From Okamejei kenojei (taxonomy: Eukaryota): a stretch of 64,000 nucleotides of DNA. The translations under genes were made by a program, and so were the position numbers. Of the stretch, positions 49,365-62,050 are shown one piece after another; position 1 is the stretch's first letter; every line of letters starts with the position of its first letter. The notes under the pieces are model-generated. The model was not told where the DNA came from. It was given only the letters and a program-made list of their open reading frames with translations, and made no database searches. The DNA lies in contig CM069163.1 in assembly GCA_035221665.1 (NCBI GenBank), positions 16,120,001 through 16,184,000 of the forward strand, read 5' to 3'.

Positions 49365-50781
49365 TTTATTGACTGAAATATAATTTTAAAAAAATGGAGC
49401 CATGTTGAGCATTCTTTGAATATATTACAAATGACAGATGCAAACATAAATAGAAGATATTTGAACAGCTATTGTGGAATTGCTTGAAAGGAAATGTATC
49501 GACGTTGAAATTCTCCATTGACAAACTATCGGTATAAAAAATAACGCTTCCAAACTCTTGAAACAGAATATCAGACATTGAATCTCGGCCTCTCGTTCTT
49601 CCATTGATGCTGCATTCAGTTCCGATTAAATGGAATACTGACGTGACTGACAGCTACAGGAATTCACATTTAAGCTCACCGCTCTAAAGGACAGTCGTTC
49701 CATTTAAACTGCAATCAAACTTTTTTGTAACAATTATTGTACAGACTGTTGCGAGACGTGCTGTAAAATGATACAATTAGAGCTGTAAATATTTTTTAAA
49801 TCTGTCATTGAAATGGAGGAGTGTCACTAAATAGGAATTTAAAAAATATAAGTCCTGAGACAACGTAGCAGGTAAGGGTGTAGATAGAAATGGATTGAGT
49901 TTGAGAATCGTTCCACGCACTTATTCGTATCAACCTCGCAATGATGACTTGTTGAGTTTAGGTAGAAGAAACCGAATGGGTTCTGGATTGGGTTTTTTTT
50001 TCTCTCTCTCTCTCTCTGTCCGAATGTAGATCCTTTATTTCTTTGTTTCCCGCTGAGGGCGCCGGGGACGCCAGGATCCGCTCTCCATCTGTCGGGCTCC
50101 CGAATCGGGGGCGCCGCTCCCCGGCTGCCGCCGTAACAGCTGCCGCTCCAGCCTCAGCGCTCGCTGCCTTCAATAAATAATCATATCTGTACAACTCGGC
50201 GAGGTGTTGAGGGGGGGGGGGGGGGGGTAGCGCTGGGAAACGGGGGGGGTAGTCATCTCTCCGTCTTCAATCCACACCCACAGAAAAATCAAAAACACAA
50301 CAAGAAACTACAAAATGTGCCACCGATGAAACAATACACTCACGTGGTATATATCTACACTATAGTACAGAGCATTTGTCGATCGTCATAAGTTACGTTC
50401 AAAATAAATAAATTGTACAATTTAAATGCTTAATAGCAACAAAAAGTATTTTAAATAGTGCAACGTCACCAATTACTGTTTTCATACCATGAAGTTGATT
50501 TCCGTTTTGTAAAAAACTATAAATTTTTAAATGAAAAATAATAAACTATAGATGTCGAGGATGAATTAAAACATTCTTTTTAAATTAAGACTATGTTTCA
50601 CAGTTAAAAACCTCTCACTTTTTACACAAAAAAGTTTGAAGATAAAGACCATAAATACAGTAGAATACAATCTTTCTTAAAAATTGTTTTACTTTTTTTT
50701 TTAAATACTGAAGCTTTTTTTTTAAATTAGTTTGATTTCAGTTGTCGCTTCCACGTAAGTCCGAGCGGGGGCCGGGGCGCC
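49365..50781 (-). other. BARHL1: BARHL1 3' UTR (end uncertain); candidate AATAAA signals at 50034-50039 and 49365-49370
   Basis: AU-rich, repeat-free sequence after the stop codon with UAUUUAU and UGUA motifs; both hexamers read on the - strand. Confidence 0.45.
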
Positions 50782-51073
50782 TCACCGTGGCTGCGGCGGC
50801 CGGGGAAGGACGCCCGCCAGGCCGGGCAGAGGCGGAGGTTGTTCGCCCCCCGCTGCCAGTCCGTGGATGAGCACTCGGGGGACGATGGGCCGCTGGATGA
50901 CCGGGTGCGGGGCGGCGGGACCCCGGTACATGTACATGGCAGTCGGGTCCAGGTTCGAGACGACGTTGGGGTGGTAGAAATAAGGTGATGGGAACATGCG
51001 CTGCAAAGCTGAGTAGTTGCCGGCCTCGGCCAAGAGTTCCAGCCCCACCGCCGTTTGCCTCTTCCACTTCGTC
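50782..51073 (-). CDS. BARHL1: BARHL1 coding exon 3
   Basis: TKWKRQTAVGLELLAEAGNYSALQRMFPSPYFY...LAGVLPRPPQPR*, acceptor CCAACAG. The three exons total 966 nt = 321 aa plus stop. Confidence 0.97.
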
Positions 51074-52669
51074 CTGTTGGGGAGGGGAACAGTGTTAATT
51101 GTACAAGCGTGGCTGAATCGGGGTTAACACCCGTGTATTCTCAACAAGGCTAAGAACCAAACTCTAGATTGATCCACAGATTGTCTGGCCTCGGCCGGGT
51201 GAGACGGTCAGGTCAGTATTGCCAGACACCCGGCAGCGGGCAGTGGGTCCGACGGCTCCGGACACAGTTCAGGAGGTAAATAATGAGCCTAATCTTTGCG
51301 CTTGTGTCGTGAAACCGCGACCGTACAACTTGTGAGTATTATTAAACATTGTGTATTAAAACATCTTGCTCAAGGGGTGAATGAAAGCTCGATGTGTGCG
51401 TGTTATGTCTCAATTAGAATCAGAAGCAGCTGGATTTTAACTCCAGAGTCTCGCATTTTTGGACGGAGACTGGAAGTGACTCCATAAGCTTTGACAATAC
51501 TGACTGAACTCATTCCCACAAACTTCCAGTCGTTGGATGAGTGGGATCCAGGAACAGGGGACGGGAAAGAGACATCGGGTCTGAAGCCCAACTTTAACAA
51601 CCCCCAATCCTCCAGAAGGAGGATTTTGTCCCTTGAGATGAAGATCTCTCTCACCTTCACTGTTGTTTAAATATTTTCTTTAATATCAGGTTCAGGGTGC
51701 TTGATGGCACAACGGAAGTTGTATTTCTTTTCAGTCCAGAATCATAATGAAATGGAAGAGTAAACTTCACGATTGGCAGTCCATCGGGCGATGCAGAGAG
51801 CGGGATCCCGTGGAGATTGCTCTCATTCATCTACTGCTTTCTGTCATCCGCGGAACATTCGTTACATTTCTCATCGCTGCAATCTCGGATTATCCACAGC
51901 ACGTTTTGTGTCCTGTTCTGAGATTTGGAATACCTCAGTCACATTAGCTGCCCGGGGTCGATTAGTTCCGTCCTTCCCAAAACCCCAAACGTTTTCTCCA
52001 GGTCCTCCAAGTCCTTCTTCGATTAATGCTCCCGGTCGCTCCAACGCGACAACCAGGTTGACTTCCCGAAAGAGGAATTTGTTTTGAGGGAAACACTAAA
52101 AAACTTCGAGGGCGTGTTTAAGGAAGGGGAGGGGGGTGTTTACTTGATAAAAGTTTGGTTTTCTTCCTTGTAATGTGCTGTAATGTCCCAGAAAGAGAGA
52201 TTTGCTGTTTAAAGGCGGGATAGAACAGAATGTGCTATTCTGTGCCAGAATGGGCGTCCGACCAAGGATTTAGAACCCGTCACCAATTATCTTTTGATTA
52301 TCTTTTAATTATGTTCCACTTCCCACTCTTCTACAACCCAGAATAGCGGCTCCGATGGTGAATATCGGGCCTGGGAGCTGATTGGGACTGAATTTGTACC
52401 GAACCTTTCTCCTTCTCCCACGAGACTAGAACAAGTATGAGAAAAGCTCGCTCTCAATTTATCTCGGTATTACCAGAAAGTTGTAGGTTAGTATTGCGCG
52501 CCGGACCCTCAACTGAACTGTGTCCACTGCCCGGATACATACCAGTGGTCACCGAACAAATCTAGGGAGAACGGCCCGAAAAATTGTTTAGATCAGTTAC
52601 CGCCAATAATACAGGCGGGGATAGCGAGGGTCAAGATATTCCAGGCACTGTTTGCATCGAGCAATCCCC

Positions 52670-52813
52670 NNNNNNNNNNNNNNNNNNNNNNNNNNNNNNN
52701 NNNNNNNNNNNNNNNNNNNNNNNNNNNNNNNNNNNNNNNNNNNNNNNNNNNNNNNNNNNNNNNNNNNNNNNNNNNNNNNNNNNNNNNNNNNNNNNNNNNN
52801 NNNNNNNNNNNNN
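52670..52813. other. Assembly gap (N run) in BARHL1 intron 2
   Basis: Direct observation. Confidence 0.99.
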
Positions 52814-53139
52814 TAAGTTAGGGGGGTCAGAAATCGCCGCATTTCCCTGCACCAAATCTGTTCCATCAAATTACAAAATCTCGGATCTGATTACTGTAAC
52901 GGCCCGTTCATCCACTGCAAACGGAGCAAGTGAGACCTGGGGAATAGTGCAAGAGCTGATCTCTGCAATAATGTAGAATTAGGAACTTTATGCAATACTG
53001 CAATTCGAATTCACACCCAGAGTCCCACAAATAACTGATCTGAGCGTGAAGGTTGGGGCGGGGAGAAGGTTTTGTGATCACATCAGATTTTTGCAGGTTA
53101 TATCTCCATAAACTATGGCTTTTAACTATGGCTATAAAC

Positions 53140-53785
53140 AATAGACAACAGACGATAGGTGGAGGAGTAGGCCATTCGGCCCTTCGAGCCAGCACCGCCA
53201 TTCAATGTGATCATGGCTGATCATCCCCAATCAGTACCCCGTTCCTGCCTTCTCTCCATATCCCCTGACTCCGCTATCTTTAAGAGCGCTATCTAGCTCT
53301 CTCGAAAGTATCCAAAGAACCGGCCTCCACCGCCCTGAGGCAGAGAACTCCACAGACTCACAACTCTCTGTGAGAAAAAGTGTTTCCTCGTCTCCGTTTT
53401 ACATGGCGTACCCCTTATTCTTAAACTGTGGCCCCTGGTTCTGGACTCCCCCAATATCGGGAACATGTTTCCTGCCTCTAGCGTGTCCAAACCCTTAACA
53501 ATCTTACATGTTTCAATAAGATCCCCTCTCATCCTTCTAAGGTCCAGTGTGTACAAGCCCAGCCGCTCCATTCTCTCAGCATATGCCAGTCCCGCCATCC
53601 CGGGAATTAACCTTGTAAACCTACGCTACACTCCCTCAATAGCAAGAATGTCCTTCCTCAAATTAGGGGACCAAAACTGCACACAATACTCCAGGTGTGG
53701 TCTCACTAGGGCCCTGTACAACTGCGCAAGGACCTCTTTGCTCCTATACTCGACTCCTCTTGTTATGAAGGCCAACGTGCCATTC
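53140..53785 (-). mobile_element. Young CR1 3' fragment in BARHL1 intron 2
   Basis: ORF 53293-53598 MAGLAYAERMERLGLYTL..RRMRGDLIE..RTRGHSLRI..FFSQRVV. Confidence 0.88.
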
Positions 53786-56268
53786 TCTATGGCTGATCAC
53801 GACATTTATCTTGAAATTGTGGGTACACAAAATGCTGGAGAAACTGAGCGGGTGCAGCAGCATCTATGGAGCGAAGGAGATAGGTAACGTTTCGGGCCGA
53901 AACCCTTCAATTGTTGATTTTAGACAATCCGAGAGAACCACAAAGCATCTGAACGTGGCTAAGACGTTAATGAAACGCTGTGAATAGGGAGAGTTATTTG
54001 CTTTACTATATCACAATCTAGGCTTAATGTGTGTGCAAAGCACAAATTCTGCAGCAACTCAGCCTAAACATTCCGCTTAGTTCCTCCAGCATTTTGTGTT
54101 TTGCTCAAGATCCCAGCATCTTTAGTTCCTTGTGTTTCCTTAATTGTTCTGGTTTTATTTCTTATGAACCTGTAATTATGCGCGCGTATGTTGTGATGTG
54201 TGTACACAACATACACATAAGATCAGCCGCACACACGTTGGCATTTGCCCGTCTGAGTTATAAATAGCGCAGGGACTACTGTGTAAACTCTGTCTGAAGT
54301 GTAGCCCACCCCTGGCAGAATTCTCTGCCTCGGTTAGTCTGACAGCTTTATGTAACTTCGCCTCAGGTTGCTCCGAGATAATGGCTTATCTTTGCGTTAT
54401 ATCTTATCAGCAGACGGGCTTCGTCATCTCCTCTGCTGGCCCCAGTTTCGAGAATAGTTTGAATGATGTTCAGTCGTAATTGCAGCTCCTAGTGTGGATA
54501 ACCCCCGGACCAACAACCTTGCCTGAATCCATTGCGCCCTTTCCTATGGGACTGAACCAAAGTGATTGTTTAAGTAACGTGGTTTGTGAATCCTGACTAA
54601 GTCTTTAATACCCAAACTGGACGACAAATTCGTCTTGATAATTGTTGCTTAAGTGTAGGTTCCCAGTTTAGGTACATACGTGCTACGAGCTCTGGGCGGT
54701 GGGAGGGAAGCGGGGGCCGTGTGGGGGCGTCTCAGTGACAGGTGTCTGCTAATCCGAAAGCAAACTCGCGTGATTAAAAAAGCTGCTATTTCTAATTATT
54801 TTCTGAACTGTGTAGGTGTTAACAGGACGCTAAGAAATTGGATATTGCAACGTGCTGTACCTATACTAAGACCCGACAGTTCAATCATTGATTATTCTAT
54901 CATCTCAGGAAGTCTACCTTATATTTGGATCAAATTGAGCAAACTTAACAGGTGAACGCAGGCAGATAGCGCCGGGACGGGCCACGCTTCTAGAAACTTG
55001 CGCAATCAAAATCGCACATAAAATCCAACGAAATCTCCTCTGCGTTGGGGTTGATTGCAGAGACACGCTGCTGGGAGAGCAAACCTGCCCAGTGCTTGTG
55101 CATGCAGATGTTGAGGGATGATGCAGATGTTGACGGGACGGGGCAGGTTGAGTTGAGGTTTGGTGCCCCCCCCCCCCCTCCTTAGGACCAGATACTTTGG
55201 ATTGAGCGGATTCTTAGTTTGGACTTTAAAACAACATTATCTCCGGAATATTTATTTAAATGTATTTTTGGCAGACACCCCCCCCCCCCCCCATGTACTA
55301 CCCATGGGGCAACTGCAACATCGCACATATCTGCAGTGGGTTCCAGGTGAAGTGATGTACGCCGCCTTTTGCCAATGTTCTCGCTCGGCATCTATCTCGA
55401 GACAGCACAATTGACCTTGTTCGTTGTATACAGTTAAGGGTAGCTTATTATTCGATTGATTCTGACCGTACAAACCTCAAATGAGTGCTTGCATAGAGAG
55501 AGAGAGTGTTCACCTTGTTAAACCCAGAGTTCGTGCGAGTTGGATTATTTCGGTTCTGTTTGTGTTCCAGGTGTGTGGTTTGGTTCATGCTGAGGGCTTT
55601 GAATGCGGTTCCATCCAGTAACTGGCCCCAGGTGTTAGAACTGTCACTGCGCGGGTGGGATTGATCATCCAATGGCCCTCAGCCGCCGGTGCTCAAGAAA
55701 TGGTTCACACTTTCCTCGCCCCACCTCATAATAAATGGTAACCTTATGGCACCATCAAGCCCCCCCCCCCCCCCGCCCCCTTTCTTCCCTCCCACTTTCT
55801 CTCCAGTCCTGAGACACTAAGTTGCCAACCCTGAGTCCGACTTGTTGATCAGACTGAAGAAGGGTTTTGGCCCGAAACGTTGTCTATTTCCTTCGCTCCA
55901 TAGATGCTGCTGCACCCGCTGAGTTTATCCAGCATTGTTGTCTACCTTCGATATTCTAGCATCTGCAGTTGCTTCTTAAACTCTCATTGACACTGCTGCG
56001 ATTCATACTCGCACCTGCAACTTCCTGACTTTTCCGTTTATGACTTTCTCTTTGAGGGTCGTTCCCCATGCCCAGATTGTATTTTTGTGACCAGTCTGAT
56101 CCGAGGGTCGGCGAATGGTTGGGAACAGCACTAGTCCCATTTCACATTCGGCTGAATAGGCTGATTTTCAACCATATAACAGCGGCATCCCAATTAAATA
56201 CCTCCCGGTGTGTGATCATTTCTCACTCGCGGGCTTTGTGCGCGGTAGTTGTGGTTCTGTGTGTCTCA

Positions 56269-56532
<264 letters not shown>

Positions 56533-57896
56533 TCAGACCCAACGCTAACATTGCCCTGAGCCAGCGGTGCCCCCCCGCCACCGGCTCTTGCCTCTTGCCA
56601 TTGCAAACTCCCCGTTTGTGATCGGGAGAACTTGGGAAAGTTTCGCCTCTCCTCGGGGACTCAGCTCACACACAATCTACACATGGTGATGTTCTCAAAC
56701 GTTGATCATCGCCAGCAACAATAATAACTCCTGGTCGGAAGCTGGAGATTGTCAGCTTCCCTTAAAGTGAGTGTACATCCTTGGCCACTGCCCATTCATT
56801 GAGAAGCCCAGGGTTACACGATCAGTTCTGAATTCACAGCGGGGAATCTGGTAAATTGTCGGAACACAGACACCAGGCCGGCGCTCCATTCCATCCCCTC
56901 TCCCAGCGGTGCCGTGGACTTGCTCCCATTATCCCCAACCTAGTTTATAATTACTGGACACTTCTCGCCATCTCATGCTCGCTATCTGACTGTGTCTCAA
57001 TCTCTCCCCCACTCGCTCCAGTAAGTTGCAACCCCCGTTAGTAGCGATTTTTCCGTCTGCTATTATGAGACTGACACGTTAATTATAAGGCTGTCTGGGT
57101 TAAGCGCCACTCGGCCGCTGCCGCTGGCCATTGAGGAAGCTGAGGTTGTGGGGTGCCGGCAGGTGGGATGTAAAGGACACATCCAGTCGGTCTTTGTTTG
57201 CGTTCACCGTGTGGCGGTTGTTGTTCAGAGAGAAGGGAGGAGAGGGCAGAAAGGAGAGAGATTCAGAGATCTAATTCCACGGGCCAGGAAGGAAATAATC
57301 CATTTAATTGAGTCACCAGGGAAGACTCAAACAGCAAGTCGGCCGATTAGAGACTCATTCTTTGAACTACCCTTAAAAAAAAAGAACTGATCACCGGATT
57401 ACCTAGCGAGTTTACACCGATCGCTTGAAGCTGACTGCGTCGATTAGCCATAGAAAAGTGGGGGATCCACTTGTTTTTACAAATTAAATCGCACCCGTCC
57501 CCTCAGAAACTAACAAAGCCGATTAACGCCAGAATCCTTCGAAATAAAACTGATCATAGGATTATCTCGCAAATTAAAAGTGAAACCTAAACGGGTCGGC
57601 GAGGCGACCACAATAATGTGAAGGGTCGGTCTGAACTGCAACATATTCCACCTAAACCCCAGCTCGGTGTTTCGGCTGACAGCGAGCGGTGATTTCTGCA
57701 GCGATTTGCCGCCGCCTCGTTTCTTCACAGACTCTACGGCTAGAAGTGCGTTTACATGGCGTACTCAGACTTTAGCTGCCTACAAACATACAAACACAGA
57801 CTGACGCAAATATTTCTCCCCTGAAACTGAGCATGCAGCCCGACACAACACGCTCCCTGCGCTAACTGCGCACAGTTCCAACAGCCAAAGTTCCAC

Positions 57897-57900
57897 GCAC

Positions 57901-57935
<35 letters not shown>

Positions 57936-57939
57936 CACA

Positions 57940-57978
<39 letters not shown>
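57897..57978. repeat. (CA)n microsatellite in BARHL1 intron 1
   Basis: Direct observation. Confidence 0.97.
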
Positions 57979-57981
<3 letters not shown>

Positions 57982-60692
57982 AGGCGATCAGAACCCCGGT
58001 GCACAGAAAGAGGTGAACCGATGCAATGATCATCAGTCAACGTGTTTTCAGTCGGTTAAACGTACGTGGGAAGAACTCTTTCCGTGGAACAAATGCCGGA
58101 CCACCTCAGGCAAAACAAAATTTAGGGTTAAAGTAACAGCCTCTTAAAACTTAAAATAATTGCTATTGATTTCACCAAAGCAAACGCCGCTCCAGTGCCC
58201 GAATCTGAAGGTTCTAGTTACCGAATTAGTTGCAATATTTCGGTTTAGCGACAAGGAGAGGAACCGGTGATTATCTTCCAGAAAAAATAAAAGTTTACAT
58301 GCAAATATGTTCAGGAGCCAAATAAATTCATCGCATTTATTTTATTAATGTACCAGAACTACAAAAATAAAAGGTTTTTATTCAATTATTGAAAAATAAT
58401 ATTACACTCCCATTCATTTTTTTCTCCTTCCAATGCTTCAGCCCACGCACTGACCCAACACGGCGAGTGATGACTATGTGTGGGCGCCACTGCAGCCGCC
58501 GCCAGCTCAGTGAAAGCTGCAAGTTATCCCGAGCCAGGCGCCGGGAAAAAGCTCCACAAGAAACATTTCGTTTCAGCGTGGCGCGGCAGCGACGGCCAGA
58601 CAATTGATGTTTACATTTATTTGAGTCCAAAGAGTCCACTTTTTTTTTTAGAATTTTCCAAATACCTGGATTATTATTAACATCTTTTCATCTTTTTAAA
58701 ATATTTTTTTAAAAACAGAAAAAAAAACCCGAAACCAGGTGAAATATTTTAAGTTTTGGTCTAAATAAATATAAACGTAATATTACAATTTGAAGGTTTA
58801 ATTCCTGAATTTGTGGGGTTTTTTTAAAGACAACAAACTTCGATCAAAGTTTAGACTGGAGCTTTAGACTTTAAAGATCGATGATAGAAAATCGGCTCAC
58901 ATTTGAAAGCAGGGCTCGAAACTAAACCTGCAGCCGCAGAAACGAAGTTATAGTTTCTCGAGAACAGCCACATTTCCCCCCTGTTGTTGAGACTGGCCTT
59001 GGGAAGTTTTCCGTTTCCTCGTCGTTCTGTTTGAATCATATCACAATGAGCTCTGGTCCAGTGTAACTCACTGGTCTGGAATGATTCTTTTGATTCATGT
59101 TAAGCTGCGCCAACGTTGACAGGTTATCGTTTGAGTCCGACATTCGTTTATTCTGGGCCCTCAGCTGATCGAAAGCCACTGATGCAGTTTAACGTCTCTC
59201 GCGCTGGGAGCGCGGGGCTCAATATCCACTATTTTTTTTAATGTTTGCTACCATCTGTACTTTTAATAACTCCCTCTCACACACGGGCACGTTTTTATTT
59301 ATTGATGCCGGTTTGCAAGAAACTCATTCATCTCAGCCCTGATGAATGAGTTCTGACTGTGCCAGCTATCTCTCAAGCCCCCTCGTACCACACACCTCGC
59401 AGACACCAGTCTGTCTCACTCCTTCTGACCTTACCCCCTTTTCCGCTTTACACTACATCTGCTCACTTCCCACTCGTAAGATTTTAACTTGGGAAATATT
59501 GTTTTTAAAAAAAATCCGAAGTACGCAAAGCACAACATCCACATTTAGAACCGCTCTCGTGTTAAAAAAAAAATACAAGGCATGTATTTTAAATAACTTT
59601 TAGGTCCCTGGCCTCCGCTTAGTGGTCACGGGACCCCGAACACACAGTGTCGGGGCAATGGAATTTGTCGTTTCTTTGACACGTTTCTTTGACTGACGAT
59701 GGATACAAAATGCTGGAGTAACTCAGCGGGTCTGGCAGCGCCTCTGGAGAGAAGGAAGGGTGAAGTTTCGGGTCGAGACCCTTCTTCAGACAGTTGATCC
59801 AGTTCAAAACAAATAGGCGTAGATTAACTTAGTTAGTACAATCTCGCAGAAATGCAACTAACTGCGACTTTTTAAGGACACGTTTAAAATCTTCCCGTTA
59901 TATTAAAGTCTGCCACCCTCATTTTACATTTTTCGGGAAACGACGCCTTGATGAACAAACTATATTTTAATACTGTTTCCTGAAAGTAACTGTTTAGATT
60001 TTCTGACAAATAAACTCTAAATAAAATAAAGTTATTTATTACATTATTAACATGTTATTCAAGAGATGTCACGGTACTTGCTCGTTGACAGAGGAACCGC
60101 CCAGCATAGACGGTCTATTTAGGAATATTTGTTTATTAAACCGACGCGAAGGAGATCGTCAACTATTTTCGTTCTATTATTCTTTTGCTAAATAATTGCG
60201 ATGGAAACCAGTGCCGTAGTTATCCCCCGATAGTCACACGTGGGGTCAGACAGCACCACGATCATCGGCGGGTTGACTCTGCCCTGCTGACTTTGACCTG
60301 AAAGTTAGTGGCGGAAAGGGAACAAAAGATTCGGCAATTGCGGATTCCACTCTCAATGCTACTTTAGTGTGAAAGGCGGCCGTTGCGTTACACCTCCGTC
60401 CAAACCACTTGAATTGTGTGCAAAAAATAAATAAAAATAACGATCACATTTTAACACGGATAGATTGCCCGAGAAATAAAAAGCAAACACGCTCACTGGT
60501 CGATATCCAAGCCCAGGCCGCTGCCATCCACTAAACTGTGGTCGCTTTAATATATAGAAAGGAACATGATATGTGGAGTTCTCCCCACTCTCAGCATTTG
60601 TGCCGACTTATTCTAACTATATGCCTAATATTAGCAGAAAATCGAGTTTGAATTATTTCTTATTTGTGGAGTCCGACCAGCTGTCGGCTTAC

Positions 60693-61143
60693 CTTTATAT
60701 TCCGTGTCCGAGGAAGAATTCTCCCTTTTGTCCAGTTTCTCTCTGAATTCTTCTCCCTGTTTGTGCGTCGTTTCCTGGGGCGTTTGGCCGCTGCTGGAAT
60801 ACGGGGCGCAGGCCGCCAAAGGTTTGCACTCGCCCAGAATGTCTCTGATGAGGAAGGATGAAGTGGCAGTCCTCGCCTGGGGCACGGCACACAGCTGCCC
60901 CGGGTGCGGCCGCGAGTCCAGCCCGCCAGCGGCGCCCGGCAGCGGCGGTGGCATCTCGCCGCACTCGGTCCCGGGCGAGGATTGGGAATCGTGCTCGCTG
61001 CCCACGTCCGACACTGGGCTCAGAGCGCCTTTCATCTCTGGCGGCGAACTGCAGTCGCCTATCAACGAATCTCCTTTGGCCAGGACCGGGCTAACTGGCC
61101 TGTGGGATAAGATCGAGTCAATCCCGAAACTGGAGCCTTCCAT
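60693..61143 (-). CDS. BARHL1: BARHL1 (BarH-like homeobox 1) coding exon 1
   Basis: MEGSSFGIDSILSHR... contains two FIL/eh1 motifs (FGIDSIL, SSFLIRDIL), CKPLAACAPYSSSGQ and SSDTEYK. Donor GTAAGC at 60692. The short N-terminus and DDX31 synteny favour BARHL1 over BARHL2. Confidence 0.96.
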
Positions 61144-62050
61144 GTCTCACCTTAAATGGTCATTTGGAACAAAGTTGGCTGGAACTCGGCGGCGAAATCC
61201 TTCCGCTTCCAAACAGCGATCCCGGGCAATGAAACTCTTGACTTCAATCTCCAATAGAAAGTTGGTGCAAAATCTGAATCTCTTTGTGGCTTGAAACAGG
61301 GTCTAGATTCTAGTTGGGATGTCGTTTGGACGGCGAATGCGTTTCAGAACCGTGGACAGGGGCAGACCGCTCCTCCAAGGATCGTTCTCCGCGCACCAGA
61401 ATCCCGCCCTCCCCGCGACACTTTTGGACTAAAATGCACTTCTGTCACTTTGCAAGGGATTTTTTTCCTCTCTTTTTTTTTAATGTGTCCGTAACACGTG
61501 CCCGAGCAAGAGCGTTTCTGATTGGGGCTTCTGCCTGACATCACAGTGACTGCGAACCGACCCTGTTAGTCGAAATGAGAGGAACTGGAATGGATGACGC
61601 CAGGAACGCCGGCACTTTCCGCAGTTTGTTTAGATAAAGCAATTGTGGATCAGGGTGGCGGGGAGGAGGGGTGTTGCTGATGCAGAGACACTTAACCTCA
61701 GCAAAATTCTGCTTCACTTTCCCGGAATTTTATGGAGGGAAGCAGTTGCCATAAAGTTGTCCAATTACAGTCTGCGGCCAAATTTCTGGGAATTCTGCGT
61801 CTTAAAGCGATGTCCAGCTGTCTCAGTGTCTCAAATATTATTGTGGTTGTCCGCGGGCAGGGTTCACAGGGTGAAATATCGAGTCTTTTGCTGACATCAC
61901 GGGTGAAGTTCTTTACATTTTCCAGACCATTCCAGCAAGTCACTCCAGTTCAAAGGCCGCATACATTACAAGTTTACCTGACTTTGTGTAATTCATAATG
62001 TCATTATTTTCGCTCATTGATCACGAGAAATTAACCTTTTAATCGGGAAA
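61144..62050 (-). promoter_or_regulatory. BARHL1 5' UTR and proximal promoter
   Basis: CpG-rich and repeat-free. CCAAT box on - (ATTGG at 61521-61525), GC-box-like CCCGCCCTCCCC near 61403, two TGACATCAC motifs (~61536, ~61892) and TAATTG on - at 61762-61767. TSS not determinable. Confidence 0.6.

Noticed and set aside
52584-52976. ORFs in BARHL1 intron 2
   Set aside because: They span the N gap and have no recognisable protein content.
60704-61294. 196-aa + strand ORF
   Set aside because: Antisense shadow of GC-rich BARHL1 exon 1.
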